Shown: positions 1-11,617 of the stretch, piece by piece
Layout of the letters: every line of letters starts with the position of its first letter
Position numbering within the stretch: the first letter of the stretch is position 1
Origin: Patellaria atrata CBS 101060
Lineage: Eukaryota
Assembly: GCA_010093705.1 (NCBI GenBank)
Contig: MU006093.1
Location: 429,557 to 493,556, forward strand
Length of the DNA stretch: 64,000 bases
Direction: 5' to 3'
Translations under genes and position numbers: made by a program
Notes under the pieces: generated by a model
Database searches by the model: none
What the model was told of the DNA's origin: nothing
What the model saw: only the letters and a program-made list of their open reading frames with translations

Positions 1-426
1 CTTATTAAATGAAGGTGAAGAGGGTGTGCTGCTGACGCGGTTGCTCGATTGGAAAGGCGGTGAGAGCGGAGATGAGTTATTCCCAGATACTCTGCCGTGG
101 AACGAGACATCAAGTGCAGCAGGATCGTCGTAGAACGATCTCTCAAATTTGCCATTCGGCCTGTTGTGAAAGCTCTAGTATCAGCATAGTATCACAGGTA
201 TTTGTGCTGATGTCGGCCCGAAATCTCGGTGTATCCCCTCTTGCCGACATAATCGGGTAACCCTAGCATCTGTCCGTCCCGAGTATGACGAAGGACATGC
301 TCCCCACCAACTTGTACCATCATCCCACTTTCTTCGTCACAAGCTCCACGATGCTTTCAAAACATAGGTCTACATTCTTCCAAATTGCCGTTAGGATTTC
401 AATATCAATTCCATCAGACTCCCAAA

Positions 427-1660
427 ATGGGTGATCCGTCCCGCGCACCACCCTTAACCCGCGCCTCCGTCATTGAAGCCCACGAGCTCATCAAGGAATA
501 CGTCCATCTCACCCCCGTTCTCACCTGCCACACACTCGATACCATTGCCTCAACACCGCAGGAGTTCACGGCACTGTCCGATACGCCTCACGACGGTCTA
601 GACGTACCAGCAAAACCAAAGATCAGATTCTTCTTCAAGTGCGAGAACTTCCAAAGAGTCGGCGCCTTCAAAGTCCGCGGCGCATTCCACGCACTGAAGA
701 GATTAAGCAAAGAAGAACTAGAGAAAGGAGTAGTGACACATAGCTCCGGTACCTACCCACTCTTGCTTCCAACCCTCCCTTCAAATTAAACCAGACCCAG
801 GAAACCACGCCCAAGCCCTCGCCCTCGCAGCCCGCACCTTCAACATCCCGGCGCACATCGTCATGCCAACAATCTCCACGCCCTCCAAAATCGCCGGCAC
901 CCGCTCCTACGGCGCCCGCATCGTCTTTTCCGGCTCCACGAGCCAAGAGCGCGAAGCAGTCGTGTCCACCGTGATCGCCCAAACGGGCGCGACCCTCGTC
1001 CCGCCCTACGACCACCCCAACATCATCCTGGGTCAGGGCACCATGGCGCTGGAGCTGGAAGCGCAAGTCACGGCTCTGCTGGCGCCCTCGGAGGGGCCGA
1101 GAAAGCTCGACGCCGTCATCACTCCCTGCGGCGGCGGCGGCATGCTCAGCGGCGTCGCGACCGCCCTGCTCGGGTCCGGCATCCGCGTCTTCGGCGCCGA
1201 GCCTAGCTTCCAGGGCGCCGACGACGCCCGTCGCGGTATCGCGGCCCGCGAGCGAGTCACGCACGTCAAGTCCCTCACTATAGCTGACGGGCTGCGCACG
1301 CCGCTCGGCGAGTGGACGTGGGGCATCGTGTCCGACCGATCAAAAGTCGCGGGCGTGTTCTCTGTATCGGAAGATCAGATCAAGGCGGCGATGCGGCTGG
1401 TGCTGGAGAGGATGAAGGTGTTTATCGAACCGTCGGCTGCGGTTCCGCTGGCGGTTTGTCTGTTCAATGAGGAGTTTAGACGGCTTGTTGAGAGGGAGGG
1501 TGGGGAGGAGGGGTGGAATGTGGGCGTTGTGTTTAGTGGGGGGAATACGACTGTTGAGGCTGTCGCGAAGATCTTTGAGACTACGGATAGGAAGGAGGAG
1601 AGGGCTGCGGGGGAGGTTGGGGCGTTGGGGGAGAGGGAGGTCCAGGACGTTGCTGGATAG
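427..1660 (+). CDS. SRY1: PLP-dependent serine racemase / threo-3-hydroxyaspartate ammonia-lyase (fold type II)
   Basis: ATG 427. Intron 749-800 (GT..CAG) joins HSS-G to NHAQALALAA. Motifs FKCENFQRVGAFKVRGA (PLP Lys), SSGNHAQA, PCGGGGMLSG, IADGL, IEPSAA, SGGN. TAG ends at 1660. Confidence 0.88.
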
Positions 1661-2028
1661 GGGTTTGTGGGTAGTAGGACTTCGAATGAAGTGGAAACTG
1701 CTGTATTTAATCACAGTGTAATGTCACCGGGGTCACTCACATCGATGAAACGAGTAATAGCTTCTCTCAGACTCGTAGCAAACTGATAAAAGTCTCGTAA
1801 TCTGATGAGTGCACAATCCAGTTACCCAACCGTGAACACGGGATTGAAGATAAAACACTGTACTCCGCTGACTAACTGAATTCATCGACACACACACACC
1901 ACAAAACGCTCCGAATAGACAATGACATCCCCACCGAACAATATATATTCAACACCTCACGAACCCACGCATCCCAAGCCCCCAAAGTTAACTCGCAACA
2001 GCACCTTAACCCACTCCGCCACACCTCC

Positions 2029-5000
2029 TCACTCCCATCCCCCACCCCCCAAAGCACCCAAAACACTCCTCCCAAACCCCCTCCTCGCCAAACTCCTAAC
2101 CCCCTCCTTCCTCCTCCGTTCCGCAGCCTCGACACCCTTCATCCTCTCCGCCTCCCTCGCCTGAAAATGAATATTACTCCTCTTACTCCCGCCCCTCCTA
2201 ACCCCCGCCTCCTGGGCCGAAATCATACTCCCCTCGCGGACCGAGACACCATTAGCATTACCATTGGCATTGGCGGCAGAAAGGTTCGACGTGGCCCTGC
2301 GCAGCAGACTAGGGATCTTGAACCCAGCCGCGGCGTGGGAGGTATTATGGAAAGCCATGGCCTCGGTGCTCTCGGAGGACGCGGAACTAAGGCTGTTCTG
2401 GCGGGAGAGGGTTAGTCTGTCTACGACGGGGGGTTTGGAGGTTCGACGCTCGAGGAGTGATGGTACTTCGTCGTCTGAGGCGTCGGAGTATTGGCTCTCG
2501 GGTACCATGGCGGCTGGATCCTCGATTAGGAAACTGACGCTTTCTCTGATCTCGGCGAGGGTGGCGGGACGCTTGATTGGGTTGCCGGTGCGGCGGAGGG
2601 GCCCGGGGGGACGGTTTTCATCGTTTGTGGTTATCGCTTTGCGTTTGAGGGGGTTGGCCGTTGGGATGGTTGTAGGTGGGGATTTGGGTGCGTTTGATGC
2701 TTTGGTGGTATTGTTGGATTCGGGTTGAGCTTCTTGCGAGTCGGGGACGGAACTGATGCTTTCTTCTGCCGGTTCCTCTAGGAAGTCGAAGTCTTCGTCT
2801 TCGGAGTCGCGGTCTTCGATTGCGCGGAGAAAGGCTTGTTTCTTTGGGTTGGTAGCTGTCGATCTTGTTAGCAAGGAATAAATAGCGACACGACAGAAAG
2901 CCCTACCGATTTTTTCTAAATTCTCATCCGCTAGTAAAGCCTTTCTCATTTTTGCAAATTCTCTCTGCTTCCGGCGAAGTCTTTCTTGAGCTTGATCTTC
3001 CTCGTCATCAGAGATGTCGAAATCACCAGCTCGTTTACGCCGAAGAACTCCGTTAGTGATATCTTTATATAGCTTTTCTACCCCCTTTTCCTCATCCGCG
3101 AGTTCCTTTTGGGCATAGTAAGCCGCGAGCTCCCTCTCATTGACTTTGACATCGCTCTCATCGATCATCTTCTGAACCTCTTCATCAACCTCACCAGTGC
3201 TCTCATCATCACTTGCTCCGCCAAGGCCCGCATATTCGTCTTCGGATTCGAAAGCTTGCTCATCAACCATCTCCTTTGCGCCACTCTTCTTCTTATTGAA
3301 AGCATCGATCTTCTTGGCTTTTTCCGCTGCTTTCTTCATCTTGCTAAATGCATTGACTGAGAGTTCAAAATCAGAATTGTCGTCATCGGCTACAGTAGGG
3401 TCCAGTTCGAGTTCTTCATCAGCATCTGAAAACTCAGCAGGTGCTTGCTTCCGACGTTGAAGTCTGCCCTTTCGCTTCACAATAGGCGATTGTGCTTCAG
3501 GAAGTAGTATAGTATCTATGGTGGACTGAGGAGCTCTAAGCAAAGCAGGAGATCTCGAATTTTCAAATCCTCCGTCTTGGGTAGGATCGGGGAACTCAGA
3601 AAACTGTGTGGAAAAGTTAGGTTGGGATTGCATCTGAAGTTGAGTTAACCCTAGGCTGATGTGCTGGGACTCGGTCGGCGGATGCTGTGAAGTTTCCGTC
3701 TGGCTGTCATGGACAAGGAAATCTTGTGACTGGTCCTGCATGATAGAGTCGAAGTTTGGAATAGTTGAAGTGGGTATTTCGCGGAGAAAAGCCAACGAAT
3801 CTTGCTCTGTATCAACATCATTAAATGATTCCTGGCTTTCCACTTGGGTTTCTAGATCAACCATCGTCCCGGCAAATGCTTGGGTGAGTCCGATGGGAGC
3901 AGAGGATGGAATGAAGCCAAAAGCTGCCATTTCATCATCTTGAGACTTGTCAACGAGAGGGAAAACAGCAGGATTTACTGAATATTCTTCGTCCTCATCA
4001 TCATCAATTACTCGTTTTGCTCGGTTCCCGCGACGAGGTACCTGTGGGATGGTATCCTCATCATCAGAAACTTCCTTGTCACCATCAGCTCCGAGGTGTT
4101 GATCAGTTTCTGACTCATTATCCTCCTCAGCTTCATTGTCGAAAAGAGCTACTGCATCGTTATCAACATCCGCAGAATCCTCATCCTCGTCTTCGATTTC
4201 ATCTTCTGAGCCCGAGAGTTCGATGTCGGCTTCTGCTCCTTCTTCTTCGTTAGCGCTTGCTTGCCACTCTTCATCTTCATCATCGCTAGCTTCAAGATCC
4301 ACTTCACCGTTATCATCTCCGTTCTTCTTTCTGGCTTGCTTTTCTTTCTTTGCAAGTGCTAGGGCTTCATTGCGAGCATTCTCGAGTAAATCATCGGTCT
4401 CAAGCTGGTCCTTTTCCCGTTCTTCCTCGGTTTGAATGAAGATACCCTTTGCTCGTAATTCATTTATCTTCTCTTCTCTTTCAGCTTTCGCCTGTTCTCT
4501 CGCTCGACGATTTAGGTTTGCTTGTAGCTCTGACGGAGTCAATGAAAGTCTACCTTTCTTTCGCGCCTTCCCGGGAGAAGTCAAATGTGCTAATGCTCTG
4601 AGGGCAATAAGTGAGTGAGATTCTTTGGCTTTTCGCGCTGGTAGATGATCGAAGACTGGTAATCTGCTTTTGACAATCTCAAGATCATCATCAGACTCCA
4701 GGTCGATAGTTTGAGGTTTGAGTTGTTTTGGGGTTGGATCAACTTTCTTCGACCGAGGTCTAGAAAGGATGCTATTTCCCAGAGAGTGTGTCAGACCAGA
4801 CGGCTGTACTTGTTTTGTAGGTTTACACTCGCTGGTATTTGCAATCAATTCGGAGTTCACTGCTCTACCTTTGCCTTTATCAAGCTTACGCGCCGGCTGA
4901 GAGAGCATTTGTTCGAGAGATTGCAGTTCATCCTCCGAATTATCATTTTGCACTGCATTAGATGTAGTAGTATCTTTCGGATTTGAGTCATGTTTATCAA

Positions 5001-6171
5001 TATCTATGCGATCCTTCAAGAAATCGTCGTCAAATCCGAGCGGACTAGTGGGTGGTGTGTCATTATGCTTTTGAGCATCAGCCCCACAGCGCACAGGAGA
5101 GCTACTTGTAATGGTATTCTCGTTCTTCCTCGGCAATTCCTCTCCTGACTGTTCATTACTTTGTCGATAGTTGAACGCTTTAAACAGATCCTTCGTGGTG
5201 TACGTCTTCTTGGTCCTAATCTCATGAGCCAATTGTTGGGCTCTTGCGATCCTCTGTGTTTCACGCTGGAGTTCCTCTCGTGCCTTTTTCCCAGCTTTCC
5301 TTGTTGGGCGACTTTGTTGTGTAAGAAGTCGCCCCGTAGCGTTCCCGTCACTATCGCTCTCTGCTTCCATCATTGCTTTCAATTTACGATTTGAAGCTGC
5401 ACGAGCTGCACGGGCTTCTTCCGCCTTTTTTTGTTCAGCTTCCTCTCGGGCTTGTCTCTCGGCACGTTTTCTCACAACCAACTGTTCGAACCGCGTCTTA
5501 CCTTCCAGATCTTGATTCGAGGAGGGGTCTACATCAGAACTATCTTCGAGAGATCTCGCCGTGGTTTTATAGGAAGCTCGAGTAGGTGATGATGATTGTT
5601 CTCTAGATATTTGTTGCAAAGTAGCTGATGCTGCGGGTGACGATGGAAGACCTGAACTTTGCATGACGGGATCCTTCCGTCTGGTTGGTTTGATAGGAGA
5701 TTCCTCGTCTGAGGAACCTCCAAAGATAGATAGTCTAGGCCTCTGCTGATGCTTCGATGCTTCTGAGTCTGGGGATGACAGGTTCCTCACGGGTGCGGAC
5801 GCGGTATCGTCACGGGTGTTCTCTTGTGCTTTCTGGGCTGACTTTTCCGCGTGTAAACGAGCTGCAAGCCTACCCTTAGGCCTCAATGCCGGAAGATCAT
5901 CTTCACTATCTTCTTCTTCCTCCTTCTCAATATCCGAGGACCTTAGTCTATTAGCGATAGGTATAGCTGTTAGCACGGGCTTCTGGACATTCGGGCGAGA
6001 TGGAGGTAGAGAGTCTTCGTCGGAATCCTCGTCAATCATTCTAAGCTTTGCTTGAATCTTGCTCCTCGGTGTGAGCTCCATTGGTGATCTTGAGGAGCTT
6101 GGAGAAGGTGTTGACGCAGCAGAACCGGCAGATACACGTGGTGACCGCGTTGGTGTGGAGGGGTTTGACAT
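2029..6171 (-). CDS. MRC1: Mediator of replication checkpoint Mrc1/claspin
   Basis: Long acidic, disordered ORF with the MRC1-like block EMVDEQAFESEDEYAGLGGASDDE..KLYKDITNGVLRRKR..RKALLADEN..NPKKQAFLRAIED. Probable 51-nt intron at 2856-2906. Confidence 0.88.
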   Translation of the reverse strand: MSNPSTPTRSPRVSAGSAASTPSPSSSRSPMELTPRSKIQAKLRMIDEDSDEDSLPPSRPNVQKPVLTAIPIANRLRSSDIEKEEEEDSEDDLPALRPKGRLAARLHAEKSAQKAQENTRDDTASAPVRNLSSPDSEASKHQQRPRLSIFGGSSDEESPIKPTRRKDPVMQSSGLPSSPAASATLQQISREQSSSPTRASYKTTARSLEDSSDVDPSSNQDLEGKTRFEQLVVRKRAERQAREEAEQKKAEEARAARAASNRKLKAMMEAESDSDGNATGRLLTQQSRPTRKAGKKAREELQRETQRIARAQQLAHEIRTKKTYTTKDLFKAFNYRQSNEQSGEELPRKNENTITSSSPVRCGADAQKHNDTPPTSPLGFDDDFLKDRIDIDKHDSNPKDTTTSNAVQNDNSEDELQSLEQMLSQPARKLDKGKGRAVNSELIANTSECKPTKQVQPSGLTHSLGNSILSRPRSKKVDPTPKQLKPQTIDLESDDDLEIVKSRLPVFDHLPARKAKESHSLIALRALAHLTSPGKARKKGRLSLTPSELQANLNRRAREQAKAEREEKINELRAKGIFIQTEEEREKDQLETDDLLENARNEALALAKKEKQARKKNGDDNGEVDLEASDDEDEEWQASANEEEGAEADIELSGSEDEIEDEDEDSADVDNDAVALFDNEAEEDNESETDQHLGADGDKEVSDDEDTIPQVPRRGNRAKRVIDDDEDEEYSVNPAVFPLVDKSQDDEMAAFGFIPSSAPIGLTQAFAGTMVDLETQVESQESFNDVDTEQDSLAFLREIPTSTIPNFDSIMQDQSQDFLVHDSQTETSQHPPTESQHISLGLTQLQMQSQPNFSTQFSEFPDPTQDGGFENSRSPALLRAPQSTIDTILLPEAQSPIVKRKGRLQRRKQAPAEFSDADEELELDPTVADDDNSDFELSVNAFSKMKKAAEKAKKIDAFNKKKSGAKEMVDEQAFESEDEYAGLGGASDDESTGEVDEEVQKMIDESDVKVNERELAAYYAQKELADEEKGVEKLYKDITNGVLRRKRAGDFDISDDEEDQAQERLRRKQREFAKMRKALLADENLEKIGRAFCRVAIYSLLTRSTATNPKKQAFLRAIEDRDSEDEDFDFLEEPAEESISSVPDSQEAQPESNNTTKASNAPKSPPTTIPTANPLKRKAITTNDENRPPGPLRRTGNPIKRPATLAEIRESVSFLIEDPAAMVPESQYSDASDDEVPSLLERRTSKPPVVDRLTLSRQNSLSSASSESTEAMAFHNTSHAAAGFKIPSLLRRATSNLSAANANGNANGVSVREGSMISAQEAGVRRGGSKRSNIHFQAREAERMKGVEAAERRRKEGVRSLARRGFGRSVLGALGGGGWE

Positions 6172-6328
6172 TTCGAGGATCTCAAAAGAAACAATGGGTA
6201 TAATATAAGGTTAAGAAGAACGGAACACAAAAGACATATGGACTTTCTGGCGTGTTGTGGTAATTGGAGAAATAGTAGTTGTATGGTATTGATATCAGAA
6301 TGGTCTTCCGTGGTTTTTGGTGTTGAGA

Positions 6329-6399
6329 ACGCGAGACGCGATTGTTCGCGTCAGTGGGGCGGAAAGGTCCCGCGTCAAGCCCCCATAAGCCACCCGCGC
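6329..6399. promoter_or_regulatory. Cluster of MCB-like CGCG elements upstream of MRC1
   Basis: ACGCGA 6329, ACGCGA 6336, TCGCGT 6346, CCGCGT 6370 and a further CGCG core, 160-230 bp upstream of the MRC1 ATG. MRC1 is an MBF target in yeasts. Confidence 0.55.
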
Positions 6400-6691
6400 A
6401 CCTGTGCATCGGGTATAGCTCTCGGTGAGCCGACTGCCCCGCTTTCTCTTGCCCCTGAATTGTAACCTCAACATATTACTGTTCCATGTCTGTGATGTCA
6501 ACTTGTTAAAGAGCGATAAGGGAGAATTCATCTTCATGAGGGGCTGTCAGCACTGAGTTTCTGAAGTCAACGAAGATCTCCATGTTGAAAAATGGGATCC
6601 CTACTCCGGAGTTCCGCAGCATCGAATCTTCGATTTCTTTAACCATTGTCTGATTCTTTTTGAAACTGAAAGAGCAAGGAATAGTGCAAAA

Positions 6692-8613
6692 ATGGCGTGG
6701 ATATATGCAGTTCCGATATCTCTTTCCATGCTCATCCACTCGTGGCTACCCTTTGGAAATAGTCAAAGAGACCAGAGCGTCATTCAATCAGGTCCACCAG
6801 GTTCGCAAGACCCGTCTTTCGTGGCAAATAATAGTAATCCCATCATGGATTACTCTTGATTGACTTCTTATAGAGTTCAGCAACCCTCCGGGTGTTGACA
6901 TTTGGTGCGGAAAAGCTTATCGTCCTGAGTATGAGGTACCATATTTATCACAGGGAGCTCTAGTCTTGACCATTTCACAGAAATGCTTCATTCAATCCTG
7001 GTGGTTGGCTTGATGAACCTGCGCAGTCTAATGAACCGCTCCTTGACCTTAGGATTTATCCACGCATGAGCATCTATACCGAAGATGATTTGACACTTGT
7101 ATTCGTGGTTGACGCCGCCATATCGTACATTAGAGGTGAGCCGATCGGAAATATCACTTCCAACGATCATAACTCTAGCGGCTCCCACCTACGCTTAAAG
7201 CTCAATATTCTCGTTGGCGACCAATCGATCCAACTACGGGAATACATTGGTCTAGGAACTACTTCCAATGAGTACTCTGTTCCCGCCAGCTATCTGCCTA
7301 CCACATTAACGCCATATCCAATATCTGCCACTGTATCTCTCCCTAACTCCAACCGCACTATCACTGCAAACTCAACCCTCTCCTACCTCCCCAATCCATC
7401 AGATAACCGCAGCATCGCCCGCATCGATAATCTCCACGGTGGTCTGTACGCGCGGTCTTCCATTACCTCTAAATCTTGGACACCCATCTTCCCGCTCTCC
7501 TACTACGTGAACTGGGGCGGCTGGGCTGCCAACTCCATCTCCAACCTCGACCTCTACGCCTCCCTCGGCTATAACCTGATCCACTTCATCCCCGGCGGCG
7601 GATCCAACCCCTGGGAAAACAGCACGCACTTCTCGTTCTACCTCCGTCGCTGCGACGAGCTCGGCTTATGGTTAATGTACGACATGCGCTGGACCTACCA
7701 AAACCTCACCCTCGTAACCTCGCAGATGGAAACCCTCCTCACCCACCCCAGTCTACTACTCTGGTACACCGCCGACGAGCCCGACGGGTACAGCGACCCG
7801 CTCTCCGCACCCTTAACAACGTACAACCACATCAAGAGCATAGATCCATACCATCCCGTCTCCCTTGTCCTCAATTGCGCAAATTTCCATTATGACAGAT
7901 ATACCGCAGGTGCGGATATCGTACTCGCGGACCCCTACCCAGTCGCCGTCAACACCTCTTTCTCCACCGTTTACAATACCGTCTGCAACGCGACGTACGG
8001 TTGCTGCGGGTGCGACAACTGCGCTGGGTCCCTCCTCGACGTCGCTGCTCGTCTAGACTCATACCGCTCCTATAGCGCGTGGCTCGGGCATGCGCCCCGT
8101 AAGGCCCTCTGGGGCGTACCGCAGGCGTTCGGTGGAGATAGCTTTTGGGCTCGTCCCCCGACACCAGATGAAGAGGCCGTCATGATTCTCACAATGATCA
8201 ATCATGATGCAAGGGGAATCGTGATGTGGAATTTTCCGACGACAGACGGAATCAGGGATGTCACGAGTGAGTTGGCGAAGGTGATAACGAGAGAGGAGAT
8301 TACGGCGTTATTGCTAGGGAATTCGACATTGAGGTTGGAGCTTAAGGTCGCAGGAATGGAAGAGAGTGGCGGTAGGGTAGATGTAGCAGGGTGGATGGGG
8401 GGGAATAGAATCATGGTGAGCGTGGCATGTGTTTCATGTGCTGGGCTCGAGGATACGGAGGTAGCAATCGAGCTGCCAGGTGAACTAGTAGTGGATCCTG
8501 ATTTCTTATTCGGAAGTGAGGGATGGAAATCTCATCATCATAAATTGGTCAAGATAGGATTACGAGAATTGGAAACCACGGTTATGATCGTTGATCTGGT
8601 GGGAGATACCTAA
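6692..8613 (+). CDS. Probably secreted glycoside-hydrolase-like (TIM-barrel) protein of an uncharacterised fungal family
   Basis: Exons 6692-6800, 6874-6928, 6981-8613 splice in frame (MAWIYAVPISLSML..WCGKAYRPE/NASFNPGGWL..YPRMSIY). Motifs WLMYDMRW, WYTADEPDG, DPYHPVSLVLNC, CGCDNC, WGVPQAF. Many N-x-S/T sites. Confidence 0.7.
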
Positions 8614-9224
8614 AACTAGTAAAGGCGGACATTTCAAGTACGATTTTTTTATGGAAAAGTAATGATTACTCCTCCTGACGCGTATCCCACGATTTCCATC
8701 CGCACTTCATAAAAAGGGTTAAACACATATGAGGGCAGAGTTGTCCTATTAACCACGTCTAGCTCGAGTGAGTATACTATATATGTAAACCACACTCTCA
8801 GAGCTGGACAATAGCTTGGCATTTCTTTTGTCATCAGTCAATTTCTAATCTACAATATTACAACCCTTAGCCATGTATTTTTTTAAATTTTTCTTTTAAT
8901 ATTCTATTTTTGTTTAATTCTTTGCTAATATCGTCTTCTCTATATTTCTATTTATTGTCTTTTATCCTTTAACCTTGTACTAGGATAAGAGGCACCGGAA
9001 TAAGCGCTTCCTTTAGTGAAAGGACGAGGGAGAGTTAAGGGGCTTCAAGACCATTCGGAAGGCAAAGAGTCTTCTTCTATAACTTTAGATTTTATCTGAA
9101 AGCTCGGGCAGTGGAGAAGGAAGTAGAATCAAAGAGAGAGGCAAAGCACCCCGCGATAGTCTACATCAAGCAATTGGAAGTCTAATACTAGAGGATAGTA
9201 TTGTAGGATAGTCTTTCTCGCTAT

Positions 9225-11191
9225 CTACAGCTTTACTCCACTTTCCGTAAAATAGAATAAGTTTCTCTTCCCATTAAATTCACTCCTAACCCACCCTATC
9301 CTCCCAATCATCTCTTTCACCCCACACAATTGTAACAGCGTCGCTTCATCGCCATCATTCGCAAGGAAACGATGTCCATTGCCTTTCAACCTGCCAACGA
9401 TGTGACCTTGCTCCGGTTTACCAGTTCGGGAAAACGAAACAGTATATGTCTGTCCGATATACATTAGTTTTCCTGGGTACAAACATGTGTATCTGACCGA
9501 GAGCTCACTTCAATTACCGCTTCACCCTCGGCTTGTGCCTCAACCGGTGGACCTGGAACATCGTCTAAAACAAGAGGAAGAGGGTTGTGGTCCGGATATG
9601 GCTTTCCATCTGCTCGCGGTTTGGAGGATAAGCAGACTGCGTGTTGGTACGTTAGCACGCCACCATTTGCCAGTATAAGTCCAGTTGTAGAAGGACCGTG
9701 GCGAAGTGCACGGGTCATGGCCGTTATTGCCTATCCATGTGAGTACCGTACTGATCGACTCGATATGCTGTGTAAAACCTTACATGCATAGAGTAATTGT
9801 TACCTGCCCCACCGAAGGAAGTGAGACCGCCGAGGAGGGTGATTGGTTTAGGTGGATTCGTGATGGAGAATCCTAGGTGGGCACATGCGAGTTTGGGGAC
9901 GATGGGAAAGCATCTGAACGTCGGTTAGACTGAAATAAGAAATGGGACTTGGGATACCAACGAGTAGATGTCAAATAAGTCTACCTGGTCCTTCGACAAG
10001 GACGAAACTTTCATTGCAGCATCAATAGATCGGGATATAGAGGGACTTGTGTGGTAATTCGGACGGTCCCAAACTATCAATAGGTAGATCAATAAAAGAA
10101 ATCAACTCGTCGTTCGAAGGGAGCGTTACAATTATCGCTGTCTCTAGTTCCTGCACCACCCAGTAGATAGATCCATTGGCTCTTCGGGATGCCGAGTTCT
10201 TCGGCATATTGAGTTGACGTTAAAATACATGCTGCAGCGAGATTGACAGTGTTGAAAGCATTCATCAAAAGAGTGTCTGGGACAGGTTAACCAATGAAAC
10301 CTTAGTTTTGCAGGGGAGTTTCTAACAAGGAAAGCATATCATTCTATTCTGCTGGGATGGGGTGCCGATAAAATGCTCAGTAGCAGCGGGTGTATCATAG
10401 TTCCACGCATATGGATTCTTTGAGGCTACCTGGGCGAATCTTGCATACAATTCGGCAGACTCGTTATTATTCTCTTTGATAGACTGATGACGATGAGCTC
10501 TTAACGCATTCTCATAGAGAGGATACACGGAGATAGGGGCTCCGAGATTGTGAATAGAACCAACATCTGGAAGAAGACATGTCAGAGTCTGAAGATGACA
10601 AATTTTCTAAGGTGAACGCACTGTCACCGAGATTTCTTCCTGTCGGAGAAAAAACTGTCTTAACTTCTTCCTCTGGTTTTGTCCAGCCTGGAGGAGGGAG
10701 TTTCTTTGCTTTTGCACATGCAGTCACTAACCACATAATTTGCTGATTAGCTCATCATGCCCCTTCCATTAAAATAGCGGAACATAGTGTCACAAACAAG
10801 ATGCTAAAGCCTCCCCTCCTGTCACAACAGCAACTTTACTCTGACCTAAGGATATTTTACGTGCTGCAAGATCTAGTAATTTTGCGGGTTTATCGCCTCC
10901 ATGGTCACTATAGAACTTATGTAGAGCATTAAAATGATCAAGGTCCAGTTTTCGCGCCAAAAGGTTTGGAAGGTCGGGATATGGCCAGGTCCAAGTTCTC
11001 ACAACGTTAATGCTGTCAATACTACTTTTCAGTTTGCTTGATTTGAGCGCAGTGAGTTGTGTATCATCAATAGCAGCACTTATAGCTTGGAACATCAGCT
11101 GCGCTGGTTCAACTGCATCTTCCAACTTTCGTGAGCTGTTCTTGATGTCGCCAACACCAATGATGACGGGAACAGGCCTTTGGTGGTGCAT
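9225..11191 (-). CDS. Thiolase-like / acetyl-CoA acetyltransferase-like protein (TLP1-type with extra C-terminal domain), 8 exons
   Basis: Spliced product: PVIIGVGD, TGGEAL, YPLYENA, NRMICFPYTLLMNAFNTVNLAAA, DIYSCFP, GGLTSFGGAGNNYSMHA, LANGG, EAVIETYTV, GHRFLAN. Seven GT-AG introns keep the frame. Confidence 0.85.
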
Positions 11192-11617
11192 ATCCTAATT
11201 AGATTATATAAATAATGAAGTTACATGGTCTTCTGATTGTATGTGAAATATTTAACGAGTATGCTAACATAACTCGACGTTGAGGCAGATGGGTATGTAA
11301 GTGTTGAGAGCCGAGGTACTGTATGTTTTGAGGACTAATGCTCGATTAGGCTACACCAGTGCTTGATTTGTAGCCAAGAATACAGGTATCCGCTAGAACG
11401 GGACGAGCCCCTATTTTAGAAATCCATTCAAGACTTGATAGTCCGCCGCGCTTAGTTAGATTGAAGTAAGCACAGAGTTATTGACAACTAGGAAGTATGA
11501 TGGGGATGAATTCTTGATCATTTATTCGTATACATTAACTACATAGCCCGCCCAAGAGATGAAAAGACATCATTCTTCGAACTAGGAAATCTATAATCAC
11601 ACGTAAAGTTACTCTCA

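Noticed and set aside
668..1264. 198-aa antisense ORF in SRY1, and the similar antisense/alternate-frame ORFs in MRC1, CDT1, AIM24 and the 55.4-kb gene
   Set aside because: Shadows of GC-rich or low-complexity coding sequence with no independent motifs.
8856..9187. AT-rich 332-bp segment bounded by TATTA..TAATA, like a RIP-mutated solo LTR (TGTTA..TAACA)
   Set aside because: The flanks (TACAA vs CTAGA) give no target-site duplication and there is no second copy in the window. It may be an ordinary convergent terminator region.
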